Below are positions 43,375-53,069 of a stretch of DNA of 60,002 nucleotides, piece after piece. The number at the start of each line of letters is the position of its first letter. Position 1 is the first letter of the stretch. The DNA is from an uncultured Gemmatimonadaceae bacterium (lineage in GTDB: Bacteria > Gemmatimonadota > Gemmatimonadetes > Longimicrobiales > Gaopeijiaceae), in the NCBI GenBank assembly GCA_964409525.1, contig CAYPDV010000002.1:4047-64048 (forward strand), given 5' to 3'. Both the position numbers and the translations under genes were made by a program. The notes beneath the pieces are model-generated. The model worked only from the letters and a program-made list of their open reading frames with translations. It was not told the origin of the DNA and did not search any database.

Positions 43375-44552
43375 GCGGGGACGGGAGCGGATTCATCCGA
43401 CGGGCCGGCCGCCTCGCGCTGATCGTCGGAGCGGCGGTCGTGATCGGCCTCGGCCTCCAGCAGGTGCTCCGGGCCACCCTCTGGGCGCCGGGCGAGCCGG
43501 CGAACCTGGATCGGGGCCGCACGTCGCGCTCGCTCGAGGGGGCGGATCGGCCGCAGGTCGTGGCCACCGGCCTCGAGGTGCCCTGGGAGATCCGCTTCCT
43601 GCCCGGAGGCGACCTTCTGGTCACGGAACGAGCCGGACGGCTGATCCGGCTCGCGCCGGACGGCACCGAGAGGGGCAGCCACACTCTCCCGGACGTGCGC
43701 GCGACCGGTGAGGGCGGGCTCATGGGCCTGGCGCTCCACCCCGACTTCGCCGAGAACCGCTGGATCTACGTCTGCTTCACCACGGATCTGGAAGGCGGTC
43801 TCACCAACCGGGTGGAGCGCTACCGGCTGGACGAGGGGCTCTCCGACCGCACGCCCGTCGTGGCCGGGATGCCCGGAGCCCGCTTCCACAACGGGTGTCG
43901 GCTCGAGTTCGGTCCCGACGGGCACCTGTGGGTCACCATGGGCGACGCGACGGACGCGGGCCTCGGGCAGGACCCCTCCTCGCTCGCCGGCTCCATCCTG
44001 CGGGTCACCGACGCCGGCGAGCCCGCGCCCGGCAACCCGTTCGGCCACGAGGTCTTCAGCTACGGACACCGGAACCCCCAGGGGCTCGCCTTCGACGAGC
44101 GGGGCCGGCTCTGGTCCACCGAGCACGGGCGATCCGGCACCCGGAGCGGGATGGACGAAGTGAACCTCGTCGAGTCCGGCCGGAACTACGGCTGGCCCAC
44201 GATCGAGGGCGGCGAGACCGCGCCCGACATGGTGGCCCCGGTGGTCCACTCCGGCCCGGACGTCACGTGGGCCCCGGCCGGAGCCGCGTGGGCGGAGGGG
44301 AGCGTCTTCTTCGCCGGGCTCCGTGGAGCCGCGCTCTACGAGCTCCCGGTCGGGTCGGAGGAGGTGGAGCTCGACAGGCTCCCGTCGAGCCTGGACGTCA
44401 TCCCCCACTTCCACCGCGAGTACGGTCGGCTCCGCGCCGTACGGATCGGGCCGGACGGCCTCCTCTACTTCGCAACGAGCAACCGGGACGGGAGGGGGAA
44501 TCCGAGCAGGGAGGACGATCGGATCCTGCGGGTGGACCCGGGAGCGCTCTGA
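43371..44552 (+). CDS. PQQ-dependent sugar (glucose/sorbosone) dehydrogenase, beta-propeller
   Basis: GTG 43371 (GTGA overlap). N-terminal TM/signal anchor. EGGLMGLALHPDF, HNGCRLEFGPDG, YGHRNPQGLAFD and GWP motifs. Confidence 0.85.
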   Translation: MSGDGSGFIRRAGRLALIVGAAVVIGLGLQQVLRATLWAPGEPANLDRGRTSRSLEGADRPQVVATGLEVPWEIRFLPGGDLLVTERAGRLIRLAPDGTERGSHTLPDVRATGEGGLMGLALHPDFAENRWIYVCFTTDLEGGLTNRVERYRLDEGLSDRTPVVAGMPGARFHNGCRLEFGPDGHLWVTMGDATDAGLGQDPSSLAGSILRVTDAGEPAPGNPFGHEVFSYGHRNPQGLAFDERGRLWSTEHGRSGTRSGMDEVNLVESGRNYGWPTIEGGETAPDMVAPVVHSGPDVTWAPAGAAWAEGSVFFAGLRGAALYELPVGSEEVELDRLPSSLDVIPHFHREYGRLRAVRIGPDGLLYFATSNRDGRGNPSREDDRILRVDPGAL

Positions 44553-44665
44553 CGCCCCGCACCCGCCGCGGACGACGTCCGGCATCCCTCCTGCACTGCT
44601 TGAGCGCCGCGCGCGGCGGAGATATCCTCGGGACTCTCCAGCCCATTCCCCGGTCCCACGCCCCC

Positions 44666-45832
44666 ATGCCTCCGAACACGACTTCCCTCCAGCCACTCGT
44701 CGAGAGGGCGGAGACGATCGCCCGCGAGGTGCTGAGACCCACGGCGGAGCGCGAGGACCGTGAAGCCCTCTGGCCGGAGGCCGGGATGGAGGCGCTGGCC
44801 GAGGCCGGCCTCATGGGGCTGAATGCGCCGACGCGGGCGGGAGGGCACGGGCTCGGGCTGGAGGGCCTGGTGAGCGTTTCCCGCGTCCTGGCCCGCGAGA
44901 ACCCCTCGGCCGCGCTCTGCTTCGCGATGCACTGCGTCGGCACGGCCGTCCTCTCCGCGAAGGCCACCCCGGACCAGGAGGAGCGATTCCTGAGGCCGAT
45001 CGCCGAGGGGCGTCACATCACCACGCTCGCCCTCAGCGAGCCCGGGACCGGATCCCACTTCTACATCCCGGAGACCACGCTCGAGGAGGACGGCGACGAC
45101 TACGTCGTATCGGGCGTGAAGAGCTTCGTGACCAACGGCGGGCGCGCCGACTCGTACGTGCTCTCGACCGTCGGGACCGGACCGGGCGAGGTCGCGGAGG
45201 GCGAGTTCAGCACGGTCATCGTCGAGGCGGGCGCCGACGGGATGTGCTGGCAGGACGAGTGGCGCGGCTTCGGGATGCGCGGGAACAGCTCGCGAACGGT
45301 CGAGCTCGACGGCGTCCGGGTCCCCCGCGCGAACCTCCTGGGGGCGGAGGGCGACCAGATCTGGTACGTCTTCGAGGTCGTCACCCCCTACTTCCTCGCC
45401 GCCATGGCGGGAACGTACCTCGGGATCGCCGAGGCCGCCGTGGATCAGGTGATCGACCACCTCGGGTCCCGACGGCTCAGCCACACGGGGGAGCTGCTCG
45501 GTAGCCATCCGACGCTCGCGGGCGAGCTCGGAGGCCTCTGGGTCGACCTGGAATCGACGCGCCAGCTCGTGTTCTCGGCCGCGCGCAGGGCGGATTCCGG
45601 GGCCCCCGAGTCCCTTCGCGGAGTCCTCGCCTGCAAGGTGGCGGCCTCCGACTCGGCCGTGGAGATGACGAAGGAGGCTATGAAGCTGGTGGGTGGCATC
45701 GGCTACCGCGAGAACAGCCATCTCGGACGGCTTCTCCGCGACGCGCAGGCGAGCCATCTGATGGCCCCCACCACCCACGTGCTCCGCACCTGGCTCGGAC
45801 GCGCTCTCCTCGACCTTCCCCTCCTCAGGTGA
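44666..45832 (+). CDS. Acyl-CoA dehydrogenase family protein
   Basis: 388 aa from ATG 44666. TTLALSEPGTGSHF, KSFVTNGG, and a C-terminal helical domain GGIGYRENSHLGRLLRDA. Confidence 0.88.
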   Translation: MPPNTTSLQPLVERAETIAREVLRPTAEREDREALWPEAGMEALAEAGLMGLNAPTRAGGHGLGLEGLVSVSRVLARENPSAALCFAMHCVGTAVLSAKATPDQEERFLRPIAEGRHITTLALSEPGTGSHFYIPETTLEEDGDDYVVSGVKSFVTNGGRADSYVLSTVGTGPGEVAEGEFSTVIVEAGADGMCWQDEWRGFGMRGNSSRTVELDGVRVPRANLLGAEGDQIWYVFEVVTPYFLAAMAGTYLGIAEAAVDQVIDHLGSRRLSHTGELLGSHPTLAGELGGLWVDLESTRQLVFSAARRADSGAPESLRGVLACKVAASDSAVEMTKEAMKLVGGIGYRENSHLGRLLRDAQASHLMAPTTHVLRTWLGRALLDLPLLR

Positions 45833-45839
45833 CCAGGCC

Positions 45840-47462
45840 ATGACCGCCGGAAGCGCGACGAAGCGAGGTCAGGTCGTCCTCGTCGTGACGCGTGACGGCA
45901 CCATGCCGGGGTGGGCGCCCGAGATGGAGGGCCTCGTCGTGGTGGACGAGGGCAGGGACGACCGCGCCCTCGCATCGCTCGTGGAGTCGGTGGGCGCGGC
46001 GGCGATCGACGCCCGAGTGAGAGCGCCGTTCGACCTCGCACGCCGGATCCGTCGCCTCGCACCCGGCATCCAGCTCGTGTTCGTCGCACCGGCGGATCGG
46101 TCGGCCGAGCTGCGGCGCGAGATGAGGTTCAGCCGCGGCCTCGGCGAGCCGTGGATCGTCGATCCGGGCGGGGCGACCCGGGACCTCCTCGAGCGGGCCT
46201 CCCGGATCGCCAGACAGCGGGAGTCGCACGTCCGGCGCCTCGAGTGGCTCTCGGAGCGGGTCGCCTCGATCAAGGCCGACGCCGGGCGGCCGCTGATGTC
46301 CGATCAGTACCTGGCGACACTGCTCGAGCTGCTCCCGGATCCGGTGTTCGCCCTGGACGAGGAGCGTCGGGTGCTCTTCGCGAACTCGGCTGCCGAGACG
46401 CTGGGGGTCGGGCGAGCCGGCGAGTCCCGGCACCCGTTCCGGCTCCCGGGTGCGATCCCGCTCGGCGACGACGAAGATCTGGATGCCCTCCTCTCCCGCG
46501 GCGCCGAGGAACCGGCCACCGGCCAGATCGCGGTGCGCGGAGCGAGCGGTGAGCGCGTCTACGACGTGTCCGTCGCGCCCGTGGCCGGCGAGCGTCCCGT
46601 GCGGCTCCTTCTCCTGCACGACGTCACGGAGCGTGCGCACCTGCTCGAGGAGCGGGACCGGGCCGTCGCCGACCTCGAGGAGGCGATGCGACACCGGAGC
46701 CGGTTCTACACGAGCATGAGCCACGAGCTGCGCACGCCGATCAACGCGCTGATCGGGTACAACAACCTCCTGCTCGAGGGGATCTACGGAGATCTTCCCT
46801 CCGATCAGCGGGAGGCGCTGGAGCGTCTCGGCCGCTCGGCCCGTCACCTCATGGACCTGGTGGACGACGTGCTCGACCTGTCCAAGGTCGAGGCCGGCAA
46901 GCTGGAGATGGAGCGGGCGGAGGTGAGCGTCCCCGCTCTGCTCGACGATCTCGAGGCCACCACCGAGCACCTTTCCCGGTCGAGCGGCAGTGGCGTCCGC
47001 TTCCGCCTCGATCCGTCGTGCGGCACCGTGCGGAGCGATCCGAAGCGGCTCCGCCAGATCCTGATGAATCTGCTTTCGAACGCCATCCGCTACGGAGGCG
47101 GCGCGCCGGTCGAGGTGCGTTGTCGCTCGGGCGGGGATGACCTCGTCGTGGAGGTGGAGGACCACGGCCCGGGGATCCCCGCCGACGACCTGGAGCGGAT
47201 CTTCGACGAGTTCGTGCAGCTCGGCGACGAGGAGGACGGGGGGACCGGGCTGGGCCTGCCGATCTCGCGCACGCTGGCCCGCCTCCTCGGGGGCGACGTC
47301 ACCGTCGAATCGGAGATCGGACGTGGAAGCACCTTCACCCTCACCGTACCGCGGGACGGCGGCGAAGGGCCGCGGGACGGGGGCGAAGGGCCGCGGGACG
47401 GGGGCGAAGGGCCGCGGGACGGGGGCGACGCTCCGGCAACGGACGTTCAGCCTCCCGGGTAG
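45840..47462 (+). CDS. Sensor histidine kinase (pseudo-receiver/PAS - HisKA - HATPase) with repetitive C-terminal tail
   Basis: 540 aa. H-box SHELRTPINAL, N-box LMNLLSNAIRYG, and G-boxes DHGPGIP and GTGLGLPIS. The tail is PRDGGEG repeated. Confidence 0.9.
   Translation: MTAGSATKRGQVVLVVTRDGTMPGWAPEMEGLVVVDEGRDDRALASLVESVGAAAIDARVRAPFDLARRIRRLAPGIQLVFVAPADRSAELRREMRFSRGLGEPWIVDPGGATRDLLERASRIARQRESHVRRLEWLSERVASIKADAGRPLMSDQYLATLLELLPDPVFALDEERRVLFANSAAETLGVGRAGESRHPFRLPGAIPLGDDEDLDALLSRGAEEPATGQIAVRGASGERVYDVSVAPVAGERPVRLLLLHDVTERAHLLEERDRAVADLEEAMRHRSRFYTSMSHELRTPINALIGYNNLLLEGIYGDLPSDQREALERLGRSARHLMDLVDDVLDLSKVEAGKLEMERAEVSVPALLDDLEATTEHLSRSSGSGVRFRLDPSCGTVRSDPKRLRQILMNLLSNAIRYGGGAPVEVRCRSGGDDLVVEVEDHGPGIPADDLERIFDEFVQLGDEEDGGTGLGLPISRTLARLLGGDVTVESEIGRGSTFTLTVPRDGGEGPRDGGEGPRDGGEGPRDGGDAPATDVQPPG
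47349..47430 (+). repeat. 21-nt tandem repeat, about 3.9 copies (CCGCGGGACGGGGGCGAAGGG), coding (PRDGGEG)n
   Basis: Copies at 47349-47369, 47370-47390, 47391-47411 and a partial copy at 47412-47430. Copy 1 differs by one base. All are in frame in the kinase C-terminus. Confidence 0.9.
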
Positions 47463-48976
47463 CGCTCCACCAGCTCCCGGTCGCGCGGCGCCGGGCCCGT
47501 CCACGGCTCGGCCATGGCCCGCTCGATCTCGTCGATCTCACGGGGGGCGGAGCTCACCCACTCCACCCCGTCCTCCGTCACGAGGTAGTCGTCCTCGATC
47601 CGCACGCCGATGTTCGCGTAGCGGCGCACGGCGGGCGCGATCCGCTCCTTCATCTCGCGGTTGGCCGGTGTGTCGGGAATGATGTCCAAGAGATTCTCCC
47701 GCACGTAGATGCCCGGCTCGATGGAGAAGGCGCTGCCCGGCCCGATCGTGTTCGGCGGGAAGTAGTAGCGGTCGGGGTCGTGGACCTCGAGGCCGATCCC
47801 GTGCCCGAGGCCGTGCATGTAGTAGAGCCGGTACTGGGGGCAGCGGCGATCTTCACCGCAGTCGTAGTCGTCGCCCGGTCCGGTGATCAGCCCCAGCCGT
47901 GCGAGCCCCTCCGCGACGACCGTCGCGGCCTCGCGGGACATGTTCCCGGCCGGGGCTCCGAGGACCGCCTCCCGCTCCGCGGCTTCCTGGGCCGCCCGCA
48001 CGACGCGGTAGACCGCGGCCTGGTCCTCGGTGAACGTGCCGCTCACGGGAACGGTGCGGGTCACGTCGGCCGTGTAGCCGCCCCACAGGGCGCCGATGTC
48101 CATGACCACCAGGTCACCCTCCCGCATGACGCGGTCGTTGGCGTTGTAGTGCAGGGTGGTCGAGTTGGGCCCGGAGCCCACGATGCTCGCGAAGCCCGGG
48201 CGCTCGGCCCCCGAGCGACGGAAGGTGTACTCGATCAGCGCCTGGACCTCGAACTCGTTCATCCCCGGCTCGATGAGGCGCAGCACCTCCTCGTGCGCCC
48301 GCACCGTGATCTGGACGGCGGTCCGGAGCGCCTCCAGCTCGGCGGGGCTCTTCGTGCCCCTGAGGCGGGCGAGCGTCTCCTCGGCGCTCGCCACCTCCAC
48401 CTCGGGGTTCCGGGACCGGAGCTCGTCGACGAAGAGCTGGTGCTCGGTCCCGAGCGCCCGACCCGGCCGGAGGTCGACCTCGGCGCTCACGCGGAGCGGG
48501 AGCCCCCTGGCCAGAAGCGAGTCGAGCACGGCGTCGAGCTCGCCCCGCTCGCGCGCCGGCAGCCCGGTGAGCGACTCGGCCCCCCGGGTGCCGAGTCGGA
48601 TTCCCTCCCACGTCTCCCGCGCCGGATCCCGGGGCAGGACGAAGACCGTTCCGGACCGACGTCCGTCCTCCCGGACGAGGAGGAGCGCCGCGCCGGGCTC
48701 GAGAATGCCCGTCAGATAGCGGAAGTCCGGCCGCTGCGAGAAGGGCAGGTAGTCGGCCGCGGGCTCCGGAGAGCCGAGCACCAGGACGACGCCCTCGTCG
48801 ACGTTCTCGAGAAGCGCGGAGCGGCGGTCCGCGTACTCCTCCGGGGAGATCTGCGCGGCGGCGGGAAGCGCCGTCGTCGCCGCCAGCGCGGCGAGCACGA
48901 GAATCAGGTGCCGGAGCGCGCGGGCCCGCCGCGCCACGAGGGAGGGGACCGCGCGGATACCGAGAGGTTGCGCCAT
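47447..48976 (-). CDS. Xaa-Pro aminopeptidase (M24B), secreted
   Basis: 509 aa. Signal peptide, N-terminal creatinase-like domain, and pita-bread motifs DIGALWGGYTADVTRT, HGLGHGIGLEVHD and IEPG. Confidence 0.9.
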   Translation of the reverse strand: MAQPLGIRAVPSLVARRARALRHLILVLAALAATTALPAAAQISPEEYADRRSALLENVDEGVVLVLGSPEPAADYLPFSQRPDFRYLTGILEPGAALLLVREDGRRSGTVFVLPRDPARETWEGIRLGTRGAESLTGLPARERGELDAVLDSLLARGLPLRVSAEVDLRPGRALGTEHQLFVDELRSRNPEVEVASAEETLARLRGTKSPAELEALRTAVQITVRAHEEVLRLIEPGMNEFEVQALIEYTFRRSGAERPGFASIVGSGPNSTTLHYNANDRVMREGDLVVMDIGALWGGYTADVTRTVPVSGTFTEDQAAVYRVVRAAQEAAEREAVLGAPAGNMSREAATVVAEGLARLGLITGPGDDYDCGEDRRCPQYRLYYMHGLGHGIGLEVHDPDRYYFPPNTIGPGSAFSIEPGIYVRENLLDIIPDTPANREMKERIAPAVRRYANIGVRIEDDYLVTEDGVEWVSSAPREIDEIERAMAEPWTGPAPRDRELVERYPGG

Positions 48977-49061
48977 GGTCGCTCGTGCAGGGGTTCGGGT
49001 CGGTCGGGACGGGGGTCCTACCCGGAAAGGATCGCGGAGAGCCGCGCCCGGGCGGCCCCGC

Positions 49062-50693
49062 TCACCCTCCGGACCGACGGAGGTGCTCCGGAGGGTCGAA
49101 GGGGGTGTGCGGCACCGGGTCCCGCTCGGGAACCCGGTACTCCCTCCGGAGCTCGGCGATCCGCTCCCTGAGCTCGACCTCCACCTCCCGGTACTCGGGG
49201 TGGCCGTACACGCTCCGGAGCTCCTCCGGATCGCGGTCGAGATCGTAGAGCTCCCACTCGCCGGTCTCGTAGAAGTGGATCAGCTTGTACCGATGGGTGC
49301 GGACGCCGTACTGCCGGTGCACCATGTGCCAGTCGGGATGGGCGAAGTACTGGTAGTAAATCGCGTCTCGCCAGTCGTCCGGCGTCCCTCCGTGGAGCAG
49401 AGGCACGAGACTCCGGCCCTGCATCGACGAGGAGGCCGGTGCGCCCCCGAGCTCGAGGAAGGTGGGGGCCAGGTCGATGTTCATGACCAGCTCCGGGCTC
49501 ACCGTGCCCGGCTCGACCACGCCCGGCCAGCGGACCAGGAGCGGCGTGCGGAGCGATTCCTCGTACATCCACCGCTTGTCGAACCACCCGTGGTCGCCCA
49601 GGAAGAAGCCCTGGTCGGAGGTGTAGACCACCACGGTCTCGTCGTCCAGACCGGCTTCCTCCAGAACGTCCAGGATCCGGCCGGTGTTCCGGTCGAGCGA
49701 CGCGACCGTCCGCATGTAGTCGGAGATGTAGCGCTGGTAGCGCCACCGGAGCAGCGCGTCGCCCTCCGGAGACGCTTCGCGAAAGGCCCGGTTCTCGGGG
49801 CCGTAGGCGGCGTCCCAGGCCCCACGCTGCTCGGCGTCCAGGATATCGGGGGTGTCCAGCTTCAGGTCGCGAGTGAAGAGGTCTCGCCCGATCTCCATCT
49901 CCTGCTCGCCGGCCGGAGAGGCCCGGCCCCGCCCATCGTCGAAGAGCGTGGACGGCTCCGCGATCACCGTGTCCCGGTAGAGCCCGAGCTCCTCCGGACC
50001 GGGGTCCCACCACCGGTGCGCCGCATTGTGGTGGACGAGGAGCAGGAAAGGCCGCTCCGTATCGGTCCGCTCCTCCAGCCAGCCGAGCGCACGCTCGGTG
50101 ACGATGTCGGGGGTGTAGCCGCGGTAGTCACGCTCGCCGTCGGGGCTCCGGAGCACCGGGTTGTAGTACGGGCCCTGCCCCTGGAGGACCTCGAAGTGGT
50201 CGAACCCCTGCGGATCGGCCTCGAGATGCCACTTGCCGAAGAGCGCCGTCTCGTATCCGGCCGCGCCGAGGAGCTCCGGGAAGGCGTTCTCCAGGGGATG
50301 CCGGGGCGGCTCGTTCGTCATGACCCCGTTCAGGTGGCCGTACTGGCCGGTCAGGATCGCGGCCCGGCTGGGGGCGCAGATCGAGTTCGTGACGAAGGCG
50401 TCGGTGAAGAGCATCCCCTCACGGGCGAGGGCGTCGAGGCGCGGCGTCGCGGGAAGCCGGGCGCCGTAGTCGAGATGGGGCCGGTACGCCGAGAGCGCGT
50501 GCGCCGCGTGGTCGTCGGCGAGAATGACCACGATGTTCGGGCGCTCCCGGAGGGCGGGGCGCTCCTGCCCGGCTCCCGCTCCCGTCGGGACGAGCCCTGC
50601 GAGGAGAACGAGGAGGAAGGAGCGAGCGGGTACACGCCGGATCCGGTCGGCGGAAGCGGCGGCTGGGGCGGCGGCAGGAGCGGGCACGGGCAT
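49062..50693 (-). CDS. Sulfatase (formylglycine-dependent, type I)
   Basis: Start chosen at ATG 50693 (MPVPAPAAA..., signal-like). NIVVILADDH and the FGly motif SICAPSRAAILTG. Confidence 0.88.
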   Translation of the reverse strand: MPVPAPAAAPAAASADRIRRVPARSFLLVLLAGLVPTGAGAGQERPALRERPNIVVILADDHAAHALSAYRPHLDYGARLPATPRLDALAREGMLFTDAFVTNSICAPSRAAILTGQYGHLNGVMTNEPPRHPLENAFPELLGAAGYETALFGKWHLEADPQGFDHFEVLQGQGPYYNPVLRSPDGERDYRGYTPDIVTERALGWLEERTDTERPFLLLVHHNAAHRWWDPGPEELGLYRDTVIAEPSTLFDDGRGRASPAGEQEMEIGRDLFTRDLKLDTPDILDAEQRGAWDAAYGPENRAFREASPEGDALLRWRYQRYISDYMRTVASLDRNTGRILDVLEEAGLDDETVVVYTSDQGFFLGDHGWFDKRWMYEESLRTPLLVRWPGVVEPGTVSPELVMNIDLAPTFLELGGAPASSSMQGRSLVPLLHGGTPDDWRDAIYYQYFAHPDWHMVHRQYGVRTHRYKLIHFYETGEWELYDLDRDPEELRSVYGHPEYREVEVELRERIAELRREYRVPERDPVPHTPFDPPEHLRRSGG

Positions 50694-50803
50694 CCGGGAG
50701 GCGGAGGGATCGGGGCTGGAAAGATGCGACCGTCCGGCCCCCGAAGCGCAAGGGCCGGCCACCCACCGGATCACCCGAGCGATGTCGCCGGAATGATTCG
50801 CTC

Positions 50804-50833
50804 TTGTCCGGAGCGGCACTCCATCCCTAAATT
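50804..50833 (+). promoter_or_regulatory. Candidate sigma70-type promoter (TTGTCC - 18 nt - TAAATT)
   Basis: This is the only AT-rich patch in the 400-nt divergent intergenic region. TTGTCC lies at 50804-50809 and TAAATT at 50828-50833, upstream of the 51101 gene. Confidence 0.25.
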
Positions 50834-51100
50834 TGAAGTTGCGGAACCACCCGTAGGGTCCTCCCGGCAGATCGGGCGGGACCCCGCCGGCTCGCCCGGT
50901 ACCGTGCCGAGCTCGACCCCGAGCTCCCGGTCCGGCGGCTGCGTAGGGAAGACCATCTTCCTAGCCGGCTTCCACCTGTTCTCCTTCTCCACGGCGCTCG
51001 TCTCCAGCAGACGTCCTCCCGCCGGCCGACTTCCTCCGGGAAGGCCGTGCCGATCGCGGCGGGACGCACGCGGATCGAACGGAGAGGAGGGAGGGATTGC

Positions 51101-53020
51101 GTGCGTTTCCGTTACGAGGACGCGGAAGGAAACGAGATCCGCCTGTCGGCGACGGCGGAGCTGGTCGAGAAGGTCGGACTGGGCGAGGTGACGGCGACCA
51201 CCCGCCTCTATGACGCCGCCCGGGACGCGTGGGCTCCCGCCGGCGAGCACGCCATCTACCGGCACATCGTCGAGAACGAGGTGCCCGAAGGGCCGGCGTC
51301 CTCCTCCCGGCCCACGAGCCCGCCGCTCGAGGACTTCTGGGGCCCGGCCATGTCGGTCAGCGGCCCGGACGAGCCGCTGCAGGGCTCGGATCTCCCCCCT
51401 CCGGTGGTCCCGGAGCTGGAGGCTCCCGAGGAGCCGAGCGCTCCGCCGCCCCATCCGGAGGCCGGCGCTCCCGCGGAGCCCAGCGTTCCCGCGGAGCGGA
51501 GCTCACCGGATCTCGTGCCGGAGGCCGGACATCCCGAGGAACCGGAGCCGACGCCGCCGGTGGCCGCGAGCGATCAGCCCGATCCGCCGCCGCGTGCTCC
51601 GGTCGAGCGGGAGGCCTCGAGGAGCCCGAGACGGCAGCGGAGCCGGGACGCCGCGGTCACCCGCCTGGAGGCGATCGCCCGGGAGGCGGTCGAGGGGATG
51701 GACTCTCCCGCACGCGGGAGCGGCGCACGTTCCACCGCGCCCCGTCGGGTACGACCGGCCGCCCGGGCCGGGCGTCGGCGGATCGGAGCGGCGATCGTGG
51801 CGGTCTGGCGGTGGGCGGCGAGGATGGCCGTCGCCGGGTCGGCGGGAGCCCGCGGTGCAGCCGCCGCGGCCGCGGGTGCTGCGCGGGCTTCGTGGGCGGC
51901 TGTCGGCGCCACGGCGACGAAGGTCCGGGGTGCAGCCGGTAGGGCGGTCGCCTCGGCAGGTGGCGGAGTAGCCGCCGCCGCGGTCCGCATCGCGGTGAAG
52001 GGGGCCGGCGGGGCCCGCGCCGCGCTCCGCGGCCTCCGCCCGGTCCTGTCCTCGCGCGCGGTTCTCTGGACCGGTGCCGTCGCGGGCGCGCTGCTCCTGC
52101 TCACCGTCGACGGGAGTCGCGACGTGGGCGAGGAGGTGTGGGGGGGCATGATGGGGATCGCCGGGGCCATCGGCAGCGAGTCGGGTCGCGCGGGAAAGGT
52201 TCTCGGAGAGCGGATGAAGGGGGCGCCGGCCGAGGATGCGGATCCCGCGACCCCCGAGGCGGCCGGCCCATCCGAAGGCGGTCCGCCCGACGCGGCTCCG
52301 CCGACAGGCGGCGACCCCGCTCCCTTCGCCGCGGGCCACCCGGCGGCGGCCGAGGAGACGGATCCCGGCGATTTCGAGAAGGAGCTCTCCCTCGCGTCGG
52401 CGACCGGGCTCGGGCACATGCTCGCCGCCGTGGACAGCATGGCGGTCGCGCTCGAGCTCCCGGACGCGCCCCCGGAGGACTGGCTCGGGGGGTACTATCT
52501 GTCGCATGCCGGTGAATTCGACTCGGTCCGCCGGTACTGGTCCGCCTACCGGTCGTACCTCCGGGGGGTGAAGGCGCAGGACGCCGTGCTCTTCCGCCGC
52601 GGGCTGGCGAGCGCGCTGCAGGATCTGGAGGTGCAGCCGCACCGCCGCCCCGATCTCATCGAGGCGGCCGCGGCCCGCTTCCGGGCAGGCAGGGCCGGCC
52701 GCGACTCGCTCTACGACGCCATGTCCGCCGTCGCGGAGGCCGCCGTCGATCTCCACGATTTCCTTGTCGAGCGGGAAGCGGAGATCGAATACGACCCGGT
52801 GCGCACGGGGCGTATCTCGCGGGACCCGGTCCTCGAGGCGTACGCCTCCGGGGAGGACGCCCGTGCAGCTCTGGAGGAGCATCTCGACCGGCTCCTCGAC
52901 CGGATGGAGCGTGTGAACGGACTGAAGCCCGTGCACACCGACGAGCTCCAGGCGGTGCTCTTCGACAACCTCCGGGCCGCGGACGCGCTCCACACCTTCG
53001 TGCCGGACGGCCCCGAGTAG
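51101..53020 (+). CDS. Hypothetical membrane-anchored protein with N-terminal GYF_2-like domain and Pro/Ala-rich linker
   Basis: GTG 51101 preceded by GGAGAGGAGGGAGGG. The N-terminus VRFRYEDAEGNE...LYDAARDAWAPAGEHAIY is GYF_2/DUF4339-like. It continues with a long low-complexity P/A/R region, one TM helix (VLWTGAVAGALLLLTV) and a C-terminal domain of about 250 aa and unknown function. Confidence 0.65.
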   Translation: MRFRYEDAEGNEIRLSATAELVEKVGLGEVTATTRLYDAARDAWAPAGEHAIYRHIVENEVPEGPASSSRPTSPPLEDFWGPAMSVSGPDEPLQGSDLPPPVVPELEAPEEPSAPPPHPEAGAPAEPSVPAERSSPDLVPEAGHPEEPEPTPPVAASDQPDPPPRAPVEREASRSPRRQRSRDAAVTRLEAIAREAVEGMDSPARGSGARSTAPRRVRPAARAGRRRIGAAIVAVWRWAARMAVAGSAGARGAAAAAAGAARASWAAVGATATKVRGAAGRAVASAGGGVAAAAVRIAVKGAGGARAALRGLRPVLSSRAVLWTGAVAGALLLLTVDGSRDVGEEVWGGMMGIAGAIGSESGRAGKVLGERMKGAPAEDADPATPEAAGPSEGGPPDAAPPTGGDPAPFAAGHPAAAEETDPGDFEKELSLASATGLGHMLAAVDSMAVALELPDAPPEDWLGGYYLSHAGEFDSVRRYWSAYRSYLRGVKAQDAVLFRRGLASALQDLEVQPHRRPDLIEAAAARFRAGRAGRDSLYDAMSAVAEAAVDLHDFLVEREAEIEYDPVRTGRISRDPVLEAYASGEDARAALEEHLDRLLDRMERVNGLKPVHTDELQAVLFDNLRAADALHTFVPDGPE

Positions 53021-53069
53021 GGAAGGCCGTCAGGCCGCACGGCGGCTCGATCTGCCGGCCGTCCCGTCC

